Position numbers and translations under genes: made by a program
The notes under the pieces: model-generated
Told to the model about the DNA's origin: nothing
Seen by the model: only the letters and a program-made list of their open reading frames with translations
Database searches by the model: none
Shown: positions 28,530-38,142 of the stretch, piece by piece
Numbering within the stretch: position 1 is the first letter of the stretch
Layout of the letters: each line of letters begins with the position of its first letter
Source of the DNA: Candidatus Kapaibacterium sp.
Lineage (GTDB): Bacteria > Bacteroidota > Ignavibacteria > Tepidaquicellales > Tepidaquicellaceae
Length of the DNA: 64,000 nucleotides
Direction: 5' to 3'
Assembly: GCA_041675325.1 (NCBI GenBank)
Contig: JBAYUG010000004.1
Span: forward strand, 15,759-79,758

Positions 28530-29178
28530 TACTTAATGTTTCCGAATTTTCTTTCTTTATTTCTTCTGTATCGTGTTCTATTTCTTCATATCCCGTTAGC
28601 ATTGCCTTGAGGTTTGATGTCACGGTTGTTCCTGTTGTTATTAAGTAAAGATGTGTAACAATAAATGCCGCAAGAAGTATAGCCCCCGCTGTGTGAACAA
28701 TAGCAATTATTTCAAGAGAATCTATATTGATGCTTGCTATCGTCTGGTTTTGCGGATACCTGTAGAACATGTATAAAAGTCCTGAGATAACCATTATCGG
28801 AATAACGAGTATTTTCAGTCCGAAGTAAACAAGCTTCTGCAGCGGGTTTAATTTGCTTAGCACACTTTTTTTGGTCGGATGACTTGCATTCTTAAAAATG
28901 CCGAACAAGTAATAATTTAACTGAGCTTTTATGTTTGTGAATGTCGGAACATATTGCCTCCATTCACCTGTTGTAAAATGCCAGAACACTGCAAACACAA
29001 TTAATATGATAAAAGCGTATGCGGCAATGTTGTGATATGTAACAGCATTCTCAAAACCGAAGAATGAAAAAGTGCCGTGGATTTCAAACCCTGTAGCTGC
29101 AAGAAAAAATATCAGCAATGCCTGCATCCAGTGCCAGAAACGTTCAAATGATTTATATATTAATACAGTTTTTGACAT
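28519..29178 (-). CDS. Membrane di-heme cytochrome b (PF01292-like, hydrogenase/FDH gamma-subunit type)
   Basis: 219 aa with four TM segments. ERFWHWMQALLIFFLAATG carries the conserved His residues. Confidence 0.85.
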   Translation of the reverse strand: MSKTVLIYKSFERFWHWMQALLIFFLAATGFEIHGTFSFFGFENAVTYHNIAAYAFIILIVFAVFWHFTTGEWRQYVPTFTNIKAQLNYYLFGIFKNASHPTKKSVLSKLNPLQKLVYFGLKILVIPIMVISGLLYMFYRYPQNQTIASINIDSLEIIAIVHTAGAILLAAFIVTHLYLITTGTTVTSNLKAMLTGYEEIEHDTEEIKKENSETLSSEI

Positions 29179-29180
29179 AC

Positions 29181-30752
29181 TTAAATGTTTCTCCTTTGTT
29201 TTCTTGTTGACCTGATTCTAAGTGTCCCGTGAATTACTATTCCTAAAAAAGTGATCGCTATGATAGCTGTACCGGAATAGTCAACATATTTATTGTAATC
29301 TCTTCCTGGTATATAAAAATCTTTTAAGTTGGCTATTCTGCTGTCGTTTCTTGTGTGGCAGTCTGTGCACTGCAATGATGAATCTTTTGACGAAACCATG
29401 TGATTTATTGGCCAGTACATTTCAGTTTTTATAAACGAAATTTTTCCGCTGAACGGCAGATCAACTTCTTTCATTCCAACCTCTGAAGCTCTTTGCCAGT
29501 TAAAATCTTTCCAAAGCGCCCCTTCTCCTGTTTTGTCCGAAAATAATTTCGGCTGTATTAATGTTTTATACACAGGGTCGTAAGGTTGTTTTGCTTTGTG
29601 AATTTTTACAGGTATAATTTTCGATTCTCTGTCGTTATAAGAGCCTAATAATTTATTCAACACAAGCGGGTTTGTCGTATCGCTGATTGTGTCCCCAAGC
29701 AAATAATGCTGGGCATTTCCGTTAAACCATATATAATCAGGTTTTAAATTTTTACCCCACTTAAATGTTCCTTTAATTGAAAGGTATGTATGGTTTCCGT
29801 CTGCGTCATCTTCTTCGTAAGGCTCACCGTTCTTCAGTTTTCCGGCTGTTGACCAGTCCCACTCCATCTTAGTTGCATTAACTTTTGCGTAAACAGGAAT
29901 GTGGCATGTCTGGCAGGCAACCTTCATGTTGTGTTCGTTTAAAACTGAATTGCTGTGAGGACTTTCTGTATGACATTGCTCACAGGTTGAGCGGTCTCTG
30001 TTCATTGAAGACAAAGAATAAACCTTCCCAAGCATTTTATGTTTCTCTGTAAGGTGACAATCAATACACTGTAAGTTCTTTCCATCTGTTGCCATGTGAA
30101 CGTCTGTTGTTTTTTCAGGCGCAAACATGGATTCTTCAAGGTCCCCGTGTTTTACGTTGTTTCCGCCGCCTCCGTAAAAATGACACACACCGCAATTTGA
30201 CCTTTTAGGCTTGCCTACGCCCTGTGCAATGCTGCTAAGATTTAATTTAGGGTTGGGGTATCCTGATAATTCTTCCCCCTTGGCGTATGTCTCTGTGTTG
30301 TCGTGGCAGACAAGACAGTCAACATTATTTTCATCTGTAAATGCAAAACTCTTGTCTGTCATTCCAAAACCAATATGGCATTTAGCACAGCTTTGCTCGT
30401 TTCCGTCCACACCTATACAGAAATTATTAATAGCATTCTTCTTTCCTATTGATATAATGCCTCTTCCTTTCACATACTCCTGCCTTTCCCAGTTCCAGTG
30501 GCTTGAGTTCATTACCTCTGTATGTCTGTCTGTATGACAGGTGTTGCATACAGCCGTTACCTCTTGGGGTGTAGCAAAATTCTTTTTCAGTACATCAAAT
30601 TTTGAGTGGTCAACAGAAGAAATATATTTTTCCGAATACTTCTCTTTTAACTTGTCAACCGTACCAACATCATGTTCTTTCGGTACAAGGAGTAAAATTG
30701 CAGATATTATGAATAGTATAAACAGCGTAACAGATATGAAGACTTTTTTCAT
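29181..30752 (-). CDS. Octaheme c-type cytochrome, tetrathionate-reductase (OTR) family
   Basis: 523 aa with exactly eight CXXCH motifs: CNTCH, CAKCH, CLVCH, CGVCH, CIDCH, CEQCH, CQTCH, CTDCH. It has an N-terminal anchor and a C-terminal TM helix. Confidence 0.85.
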   Translation of the reverse strand: MKKVFISVTLFILFIISAILLLVPKEHDVGTVDKLKEKYSEKYISSVDHSKFDVLKKNFATPQEVTAVCNTCHTDRHTEVMNSSHWNWERQEYVKGRGIISIGKKNAINNFCIGVDGNEQSCAKCHIGFGMTDKSFAFTDENNVDCLVCHDNTETYAKGEELSGYPNPKLNLSSIAQGVGKPKRSNCGVCHFYGGGGNNVKHGDLEESMFAPEKTTDVHMATDGKNLQCIDCHLTEKHKMLGKVYSLSSMNRDRSTCEQCHTESPHSNSVLNEHNMKVACQTCHIPVYAKVNATKMEWDWSTAGKLKNGEPYEEDDADGNHTYLSIKGTFKWGKNLKPDYIWFNGNAQHYLLGDTISDTTNPLVLNKLLGSYNDRESKIIPVKIHKAKQPYDPVYKTLIQPKLFSDKTGEGALWKDFNWQRASEVGMKEVDLPFSGKISFIKTEMYWPINHMVSSKDSSLQCTDCHTRNDSRIANLKDFYIPGRDYNKYVDYSGTAIIAITFLGIVIHGTLRIRSTRKQRRNI

Positions 30753-30951
30753 TGATATAATTTAAATGTAATAATGTAGTCGTTTATTATTATTTGCTTA
30801 ACCTCAGGTTCTTTTTCTGGGGAAAAACACCTGACTTTATCAAAGACAGAACGTTTGCTAAACACAACAGAATAATTTACTATTTATAATTAATTGTTAT
30901 TAGCAAGTTATAAAGATTAAACCGTAAAGTCAATATCATATTTTTTCAACT

Positions 30952-31093
30952 TAACCGCGTAAACCAGCTTCATCCGTGTAAATCCATGCTCTATTGTGCA
31001 CTACAATCAGTTTAGTTAATGTTTGCTCTTTGAAATAAAAAAACGTTAATTATCCGCGTAAATCTGCTTCATCCGCATAATCTATGTTCTATT
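30952..31093 (+). repeat. Two copies of module A (30952-30995 and 31051-31093)
   Basis: taaccgcgtaaaccagcttcatccgtgtaaatccatgctctatt and tatccgcgtaaatctgcttcatccgcataatctatgttctatt. Confidence 0.9.
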
Positions 31094-31126
31094 ATGCACC
31101 ACATCCTATTTCCATCCTTGGGATTG

Positions 31127-31747
31127 CTATGAAGACTCTTTCATCACTGTTATATGTGCTGTTTTAGGATTGTCTGTTATTTCTTTTGTGATGCTTAGCT
31201 TGCTTTGGTGTGCAAGTCCTCTCAGCCCTCCTTTTGAAACGTAAGATTTAAAATTGCGGTAGTGCTCTCTTCCCGCTACAAACTCAACAATACCGTTAAT
31301 CTTGTCTGTAAATCCTCCGGGTCTCGGCACAAGATAATCAACAATTATTATATTTTCGGCATGCTTCGAAAGAAGCTTCAGAAGAGGGACCCTATCGGAT
31401 TCATTTATTTCATGAATAACATAAGAAAGAACGGCGTAATCATATTTTATGTCACTGCCTTTAAGATATGTATATGCATCCGCATGAATGTACTCTATTT
31501 TTTCCGAAAGTAGTTTGCACAGCTTTTTTTTTGCTGTGTCAATGTTCCTTATTGATAAGTCTATACCAGTATATTTTCTGTATTTATCCCAAAGGCGGAA
31601 CGCCATTCTTCCTGTTCCGCATCCTACATCAAGAATCACGGAATCGTTACTAATAATTTCTTTTACAGTTTCAAAAGCCTTGTCCTGATTAGGAGCAATC
31701 ACTTTGTCGTAAAACATTCCGTCATACCAGTGATTCTTGTTCTTCAT
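31127..31747 (-). CDS. Class I SAM-dependent methyltransferase
   Basis: Motif I, ILDVGCGTGR. Contiguous with the upstream gene. Confidence 0.85.
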   Translation of the reverse strand: MKNKNHWYDGMFYDKVIAPNQDKAFETVKEIISNDSVILDVGCGTGRMAFRLWDKYRKYTGIDLSIRNIDTAKKKLCKLLSEKIEYIHADAYTYLKGSDIKYDYAVLSYVIHEINESDRVPLLKLLSKHAENIIIVDYLVPRPGGFTDKINGIVEFVAGREHYRNFKSYVSKGGLRGLAHQSKLSITKEITDNPKTAHITVMKESS

Positions 31748-32383
31748 TTACAAATTTACTATTTCGTTAAAATAATCTTTGTCAAGATGTTTCGGTGTAT
31801 ATACTTCGTCACGTCTGTTTATGTTTCTTGTGAAAGCTCGCAGATGATTTTCAGATGCTCTTTTCAGATTGTTATAGACCATAGCTATATCTTTGTTGTC
31901 TGTGTCTTTTACAGCGTCCATTAAGTCTTTAATATCAATCTCTTCTATCTCGGCTGCTGCTTTCAATGCGTCAAGAGCCGATTTGTTTCCCTGATTAAGC
32001 AAAGATAAATAAAGGTTCTTAATTTTTTCATTCTTAAACTCACCCGTTTTCAGACCGCTCACGGGATTTACTATTCCATACTTGTTAAGAAGAGATTCAA
32101 TCGCATCCATATGCTTTTGTTCTGCTTCTTTTATATTGCCAAACGGTCTTAATCCCCACTTGTCATACATGGTTATGTAAAAATCCCTTGCCATCTTTTC
32201 TTCCTCAATCATATACAGCATTTCTTTTTCTTCTTCTGCCGATACATCCTGTTTCGGCAAATCAATAGCATAATAACACGAATGCTTATCTTGGGCTTTT
32301 GCTTCACTGATAAATATATTGCCGTTCAAAAAACCTGCAAATATTATTATTGTAAAGATGCTTGCTAAAATGTTTGTTTTCAT
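31748..32383 (-). CDS. Secreted DUF2202 / ferritin-like domain protein
   Basis: Signal peptide. EEEKMARDFYITMYDKWGLRPFGNIKEAEQKHMDAI is the DUF2202 pattern as I remember it. Confidence 0.72.
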   Translation of the reverse strand: MKTNILASIFTIIIFAGFLNGNIFISEAKAQDKHSCYYAIDLPKQDVSAEEEKEMLYMIEEEKMARDFYITMYDKWGLRPFGNIKEAEQKHMDAIESLLNKYGIVNPVSGLKTGEFKNEKIKNLYLSLLNQGNKSALDALKAAAEIEEIDIKDLMDAVKDTDNKDIAMVYNNLKRASENHLRAFTRNINRRDEVYTPKHLDKDYFNEIVNL

Positions 32384-32594
32384 AATCCTTTAATTTTGTT
32401 GATTACCTTTTAATCATCAATTATCATACCACTTAAATTTCTTTTTAACCTCTTTCATTTAGCTGTTTTTGCAATTTATAATCCGGAAAACAAATAGTTA
32501 TCGTGTATTTTGTATAATTATCCCGACAATTATGCCGTTATTATTAAAAATGGCGGTAATGAAACCATTATTCAAAGTAATGAATGTATGTCTT

Positions 32595-32761
32595 CCTACT
32601 ATTAATCACAACAAAAATCAAAACTAAGACACCGAAAATTTTCTTTTTATGTAAATATGCTTTGTAAACATTTGTTTTTGAGTAACTTAAAATTTTTATC
32701 AAATTTCTCGCATGAGAAAAAATGTGTCACAATTTTCATTTTTGTTGTGATTAATAGTAGG
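32595..32761. repeat. Perfect 24-bp inverted repeat pair separated by 119 bp
   Basis: cctactattaatcacaacaaaaat (32595-32618) and atttttgttgtgattaatagtagg (32738-32761). Confidence 0.95.
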
Positions 32762-32988
32762 AGGGTGTGTCTGATTATTCATTTTGGTATTTCATTTTTT
32801 CGATGTAAGCAAACCTTAATTCTAAGCGTTTTTCAGGCATCCCGTTTTCTGCATTTTCGATTTCGGTTTCCTTGCGGTCACCTTGCGTCCTAATTAGGTA
32901 TGAAATTTTATTTTCACAAAGATGTAAAAACAGTATGTTAGTAATTTCATTTTTATTTTTCCTTATTCGAGCAAACCCTGCCTTCTTT

Positions 32989-33415
32989 TTAGCAAATCGG
33001 TGTTCTATTGTTTTTTGTAAGTAATATGTTATGCGTTTTCTCTTTAACTTTTATTTTAAAAATCAGCATTAGTAATTTTATAGGTATTTTTCTTTATCCG
33101 TGTAAATCCGTTTAATCTGCGCCAATCTGTGTTCTATTGTTTTTTGTAAGTAATATGTTATGTGTTTTTCTCTTTAACTTTTATTTTAAATCAGCAAGTA
33201 ATTCCATATGTGTTTATCTTTATCAGTGTAAATCCGTTTAATCTGCGCCAATCCGTGTTCTATTGCTTTTGTAAGAAATATGTTATGTGTTTTTCTCTTT
33301 AACTTTTATTTTAAATCAGCAAGTAATTCCATATGTGTTTATCTTTATCCGTGTAAATCCGTTTAATCTGCGCCAATCCGTGTTCTATTGTTTTTTGTAA
33401 ATAATAAATCCGCAA
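32989..33415 (+). repeat. Tandem repeat, units of 129/126/125 bp x3.2, each ending in module A
   Basis: Unit starts (ttctattg) lie at 33003, 33132, 33258 and 33383. Module A copies lie at 33105-33138, 33221-33264 and 33346-33389. Confidence 0.95.
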
Positions 33416-33478
33416 ATTTTTAATCCTGTTTTTCTGGTATGTATTTACTAAATTAAAAATAAATAAAAAGTAATTCAC

Positions 33479-35377
33479 ATGAAATACTTGAACTCTATCT
33501 CGTTTTTAACATTGTTGATGTTTGTAAATATTTCTCTGGCGCAAATGACACCTTTGCCCACTCAGACATCTTCTATTTTTTCCGGCTCAGGCAACTGTGC
33601 AACTTGTCATACCGGAAACGGAATTGTGCTTACAGAAAACGGTGTTGATATTTCCCCTATCACTCACTGGCGTTCCTCTATGATGGGTAATTCATCTAAG
33701 GACCCTTTCTGGCGTGCAATCGTTGCAGAAGAAATTCACGAGCATCCTCAGTTTCAGTTTATAATTGAGAGCACTTGTACAAAATGTCATGCACCTATGG
33801 GACACAGACAGGCAATTCAGAACGGTGACTCAGGATACACTATGTCACAGATGAAAGCAGACCCCCTCGCAAACGATGGTGTAAGTTGTACATCCTGCCA
33901 TCAGATTAAAAATACAAACTTCGGTTCTTCCTCAAGCTATACCGGCGGATATAACATTACTACTGAACGAATTATTTACGGTCCGTATCCGAATCCCCTT
34001 GTACAGCCGATGATTACATTTGTTAACTATACCGCCGTTCATTCTACATCAATGAATAATTCAGAGCTTTGTGCGACCTGTCATACATTGTTTACACCTA
34101 CTGTAAACTACTCAGGACAGATTGTGGGCTCTTTTCCAGAACAAACACCTTATATCGAATGGAAGAATAGCAATTATAAAACTTATAACGTTCCTTGTCA
34201 GACATGTCACATGCCTATAACTAATACACCGATAGATATATCTTCTATCCCTCCCTTCGATACAACAAAGCGAAGCCCGTACTGGAAACACCTTTTTGGT
34301 GGCGGCAACACTATGCTAAATAGAATCATGAGAAATAATATTGATTCACTACAACTTTCTGCTTCTGCTTCAAACTTTGATACTACATTGGTCTATACAG
34401 AGAGAATGCTTAAGGAAACCGCCGTGAACCTTACTATTACACCGGCGTACAGCTCTGGCTTTATAAATATTGGCGTTACAGTTGAAAACCTCGCTGGTCA
34501 TAAATTACCAACAGGAATTCCGTACAGAAGAATGTGGGTTCATTTTAAAGTCAAGGACCAAAGTAACAATATAATCTTTGAATCCGGAAACTGGGATACT
34601 CAGGGTGAAATCATAGGGCTGGATTCTTTATATGAACAGCACTATTCTGAAATTACAAATACGAATCAGGTTCAGATTTACGAAGGTGCCTTTAAAGATA
34701 TTAATGGTAACTTTACGTTTAACCTATTAAGATCAGCCGCTTTCTTAAAAGATAACAGACTTCCCCCTAAAGGTTTTAACACTTCTCATCCAAGCTATGA
34801 CACAATAGCGATTGTAGGCGGTGCTGTCAGCGACACTAACTTTAACAGACAAGGAACAACTCAGGGCACGGGCAGGGATATTATTTATTATAAAGTGCCT
34901 GCTGTAACCGGGTCACAGTACACGATTTCTGCTGAACTCTGCTACCAAACTATTCCGCCCCGGCTTGTTACTTATATACAGGGTATAAGTTCTCCCGACA
35001 TACAAAAGTTTGTATCCCTTTATAACACAGCTGATAAGTCTCCTGTAATCATGAAAACTGTATCCGTTCCATTCTTAACAGGCGTTAATCCTATCGGTAA
35101 TATTACACCCGCATCATTTAAACTTTATCAGAATTATCCGAATCCGTTCAACCTCTCAACAAAAATTAGATTTGATGTACCAAACGGTAATAAATTTATT
35201 AGTCTGAAAATATATGATGTGCTTGGAAAAGAAGTCCGGACGCTTGTTGCGGGATCTTTGATACCGGGTTCTTATGAAACAGATTTTGATGCCAAAGACC
35301 TTTCTTCGGGAATGTTCTTCTGTGTTTTGCGCTCAGAAAGTTTTTACGAAATCAAACGTATGATGTTTATTAAATAA
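33479..35377 (+). CDS. Pentaheme c-type cytochrome with T9SS C-terminal sorting domain
   Basis: 632 aa with a signal peptide and five CXXCH motifs (CATCH, CTKCH, CTSCH, CATCH, CQTCH). The C-terminus (YQNYPNPFNLSTKIRFDV...GMFFCVL) is T9SS-CTD-like. Confidence 0.85.
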   Translation: MKYLNSISFLTLLMFVNISLAQMTPLPTQTSSIFSGSGNCATCHTGNGIVLTENGVDISPITHWRSSMMGNSSKDPFWRAIVAEEIHEHPQFQFIIESTCTKCHAPMGHRQAIQNGDSGYTMSQMKADPLANDGVSCTSCHQIKNTNFGSSSSYTGGYNITTERIIYGPYPNPLVQPMITFVNYTAVHSTSMNNSELCATCHTLFTPTVNYSGQIVGSFPEQTPYIEWKNSNYKTYNVPCQTCHMPITNTPIDISSIPPFDTTKRSPYWKHLFGGGNTMLNRIMRNNIDSLQLSASASNFDTTLVYTERMLKETAVNLTITPAYSSGFINIGVTVENLAGHKLPTGIPYRRMWVHFKVKDQSNNIIFESGNWDTQGEIIGLDSLYEQHYSEITNTNQVQIYEGAFKDINGNFTFNLLRSAAFLKDNRLPPKGFNTSHPSYDTIAIVGGAVSDTNFNRQGTTQGTGRDIIYYKVPAVTGSQYTISAELCYQTIPPRLVTYIQGISSPDIQKFVSLYNTADKSPVIMKTVSVPFLTGVNPIGNITPASFKLYQNYPNPFNLSTKIRFDVPNGNKFISLKIYDVLGKEVRTLVAGSLIPGSYETDFDAKDLSSGMFFCVLRSESFYEIKRMMFIK

Positions 35378-35436
35378 CCTTTTAAGTATTGTATTTGTTT
35401 ATATAAAATAACACGTTAAATAAATATTAGTATATA

Positions 35437-36183
35437 TCACGTGTGATTGTGATATATACTAAGAACAAACAACAAGGCAACACCTGCCAAGAATGCCAGA
35501 CCATGAATAATATTATTTTTTAGAGTAGTGTGTTTATTAACTTCGGGAATTAAATCTGTTGCACCAATATACAAGAAGTTCCCTGCTGCAAATGGTATAA
35601 GGAATGACACATTAATTTTGTCAGAAATAAAATATGTAATCAAACCACCAATTAAAAACGTAGAAGACGAAAGCAAATTATAAAGAATAGCCTTCTTCTT
35701 TTCCCAGCCGCTATGTACAAGCGCCGCAAAATCACCAAGCTCTTGTGGAATTTCGTGAAAGATTGCACCTAACCATGCGATTAAACCAAGATTAAAATCT
35801 ATAAGGAATAATCCGGATATCGAAAGACCCCCTATAAAATTATGTAAACCATCACCAAGCAATATTAACACGGACATAGGCTTTCTGCAGTCGCTTTCGG
35901 CTTTTTTACAATGGTGGTAATGCAGATACTGTTCAAATATAAAGAACAGACTAAACCCTGCGACGAATATAAGAAAGAATGTTCTAACATTCTCAATATG
36001 TTGTAAACCCTCAGGAACCATCATAAAAAAAGCACCGCCAATGAGTGAACCCGCAGAAAATGCTACAAGCGGCGTGAGAAGTTTTAATTGTGTTTGTTTT
36101 GTAAACAGCATTATAAGTCCTCCCGAAAGAGAAACAACGCTCATTAAAACCCCAAAAACTACAATCACTAAAAACGCACTCAT
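35437..36183 (-). CDS. ZIP-family divalent metal transporter
   Basis: 248 aa, polytopic, with the HEIPQELGDFA signature. Confidence 0.88.
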   Translation of the reverse strand: MSAFLVIVVFGVLMSVVSLSGGLIMLFTKQTQLKLLTPLVAFSAGSLIGGAFFMMVPEGLQHIENVRTFFLIFVAGFSLFFIFEQYLHYHHCKKAESDCRKPMSVLILLGDGLHNFIGGLSISGLFLIDFNLGLIAWLGAIFHEIPQELGDFAALVHSGWEKKKAILYNLLSSSTFLIGGLITYFISDKINVSFLIPFAAGNFLYIGATDLIPEVNKHTTLKNNIIHGLAFLAGVALLFVLSIYHNHT

Positions 36184-36376
36184 CTCTTTGTAATTAAATA
36201 TTTAAATAATATATTTTTACACTTCTCATGTTTGTATTAAAGAGAAACATTATTTGTCTCATTATTTGTCGGTTACTTTGCCTTGGTTCTGTTTGTAGCC
36301 ATGGTAATATCTCTTTAAAATAAGTGCTACTACTTAAAAACATCCGGTAATATTATATTCGTACATTGTCTGTTAC

Positions 36377-36443
36377 GGTAAAAGTTTTGCTCTTGACTTG
36401 TTTAAAATATCTTTATACTTTAGTTATGAACATTAGTTCATAA
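36377..36443 (+). promoter_or_regulatory. Promoter plus palindromic operator, copy 1 (upstream of the radical-SAM/CGGC operon)
   Basis: GGTAAAAgtTTTGCTCTTGACTT contains -35 TTGACT at 36393-36398. TACTTT lies at 17-nt spacing (36416-36421). The palindrome TTATGAAC-ATTA-GTTCATAA is at 36424-36443. Confidence 0.6.
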
Positions 36444-36564
36444 TATAACAAGTTTGTTATTATAATTAAATGACAATATGAATAGTTTTAATTCAGTAAA
36501 ATCATAGAAACAAACTAATAAAGAAAACGCCTTTTTGTTAAGGTTATCAGGAAAGGGGCAAAGA

Positions 36565-37593
36565 ATGGACAACACAAAAAAATGGTTAAGAAGGAAAATC
36601 GAAACCTTTTGTGCAGCGCTTGAGCGGAATATCTTGTTAAATAAATCTCTTAAGTGTAAGGTGGTTTTTGGTCCTGTACATTCAAGAAGACTTGGTCTTG
36701 TTATTGGAGTTAACAATATTAAACCAAGCACCTGTTCCTACAATTGTATATATTGTTCATCTGGAAATAAGACCTGTTGTTCTGTCTGTACTTCAAATTG
36801 TATTTCTCCTTACGAACTTCATGCCTCCATGAGAAATAAGTTAACAAACATTGATCAATTAAAAAATAAAATTAATTATATCGTTTTTACGGGGAGTGGA
36901 GAACCTGCTTTAGATACAGAGCTATCGAAAGAGATTACCATACTGAGAGAATTTGGATATAAAATTGCTGTTTTTACAAATGCTTCGCTTATTTGGAATG
37001 CACATATACGTGAAAATTTAATGTTTGCTGACTATGTTTCATTAAAAATTGACACAGTAAATCCGGAAACATGGTTGAAAATAAATCGTCCTCATAAAAG
37101 ATTAAGTTATGACTTAATCTTAGATGGAATTAAACAGTTTTCAAAAATATATAAAGGCAAATTGTCCACAGTGACAATGCTAATAAAAGATATAAACGAT
37201 AATAAGGAAGAAGTTGAGAAACTCGCAAATTACCTTAATACGATAAATCGTGAGGTTTCGTATTTTACAACCCCTGTGTTTCCACCCCAAGAAAGTTATG
37301 TAACGAGTCCCGATTCAAATAACCTCGATTTTTTAAAAAGCCTGATTAAAGAAAAGGTATCTAAAGCAGTATTGTTATGCTGCCCTGATAACGAAGAATG
37401 CTTTACATTGAACGATTTTAAAAATGAACTTCTGGGTTTGCTTGCTATTCATCCAATAGGTGTGGAAACAGTTAAACAGTTTGTTAAAAAAGAAGTTGAC
37501 ACAATAATGCTTAACGAAATGATTGAGAGAAAGATTATTGAAGAAGTGGATTTTCACGGTAAAAAATATTTTAAGGAATGTGCTGCTTTGTAA
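36565..37593 (+). CDS. Radical SAM protein, paralog 1
   Basis: I moved the start to ATG 36565, with GAAAGGGG upstream. VFGPVHSRRLGLVIGVNN...CSYNCIYC is a CX3CX2C motif, followed by an extra Cys-rich insert KTCCSVCTSNC. Confidence 0.85.
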   Translation: MDNTKKWLRRKIETFCAALERNILLNKSLKCKVVFGPVHSRRLGLVIGVNNIKPSTCSYNCIYCSSGNKTCCSVCTSNCISPYELHASMRNKLTNIDQLKNKINYIVFTGSGEPALDTELSKEITILREFGYKIAVFTNASLIWNAHIRENLMFADYVSLKIDTVNPETWLKINRPHKRLSYDLILDGIKQFSKIYKGKLSTVTMLIKDINDNKEEVEKLANYLNTINREVSYFTTPVFPPQESYVTSPDSNNLDFLKSLIKEKVSKAVLLCCPDNEECFTLNDFKNELLGLLAIHPIGVETVKQFVKKEVDTIMLNEMIERKIIEEVDFHGKKYFKECAAL

Positions 37594-37690
37594 ACAAGCC
37601 AAGGTTTACATTAACAGAAAAATGTGAAAGCAGATAAAGGGAAAAAGAGTTTTATTGAATTATAAAAAACATTAAATCATTAAAAAGTTC

Positions 37691-38137
37691 ATGAAAGAAA
37701 AAGTAAATATTGGTATTATAATTTGTGACAGGTATAAAAGCTGTGCAGGTGGTAAATGTTTTAGAGCAATTAAAGAAAGGTCAGGTGCTTTTGATATATA
37801 TGCAGATAAAGATGTAGAAGTAGTTGGATACACTTCCTGTGGCGGATGCCCGGGAGGAAATATTGAAAACAGTATGGAAGAACTAAAGAAAAACAATGCC
37901 GCTGTAATTCATTTTGCAACCGGAATGGTGGTTGGCTACCCTCCTTGCCCATACATTGATCATTTCAAATTATTTATTGAGAATATACACCGAATGAAGG
38001 TTGTTGTCGGTACTCATCCTATCCCGGAAAAATATTATTTAGCTCACAGAGAAATGAAAACCTGGGCATCAGAGGAGTGGGCTGATTTGTTAGAACCAAC
38101 TTTATGTAACAAAGTAACAAGAGTATATTATGACTAA
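37691..38137 (+). CDS. CGGC-domain protein
   Basis: 148 aa. IGIIICDRYKSCAGGKCF and YTSCGGCPGG match the CGGC domain signature. Confidence 0.8.
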   Translation: MKEKVNIGIIICDRYKSCAGGKCFRAIKERSGAFDIYADKDVEVVGYTSCGGCPGGNIENSMEELKKNNAAVIHFATGMVVGYPPCPYIDHFKLFIENIHRMKVVVGTHPIPEKYYLAHREMKTWASEEWADLLEPTLCNKVTRVYYD

Positions 38138-38142
38138 TTAAA

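Noticed and set aside
32657-32893. 78-aa plus-strand ORF in the 1.1-kb non-coding region.
   Set aside because: It starts inside the 24-bp inverted-repeat unit, has low-complexity Phe/Leu/Ser-rich content and no RBS. It is most likely non-coding.
32989-33415. CRISPR array.
   Set aside because: The units are 125-129 bp and contiguous, with no unique spacers and no palindromic 25-40-bp repeat. No cas genes are in the window.
36424-36443. Gram-positive-type LexA (Cheo) box, because copy 1 contains GAAC-N4-GTTC.
   Set aside because: The equivalent, better-conserved copies 2 and 3 read GAGC-N4-GCTC, which violates the essential GAAC/GTTC. The downstream genes are not SOS-type. The same-regulator argument from identical promoter geometry argues against LexA.
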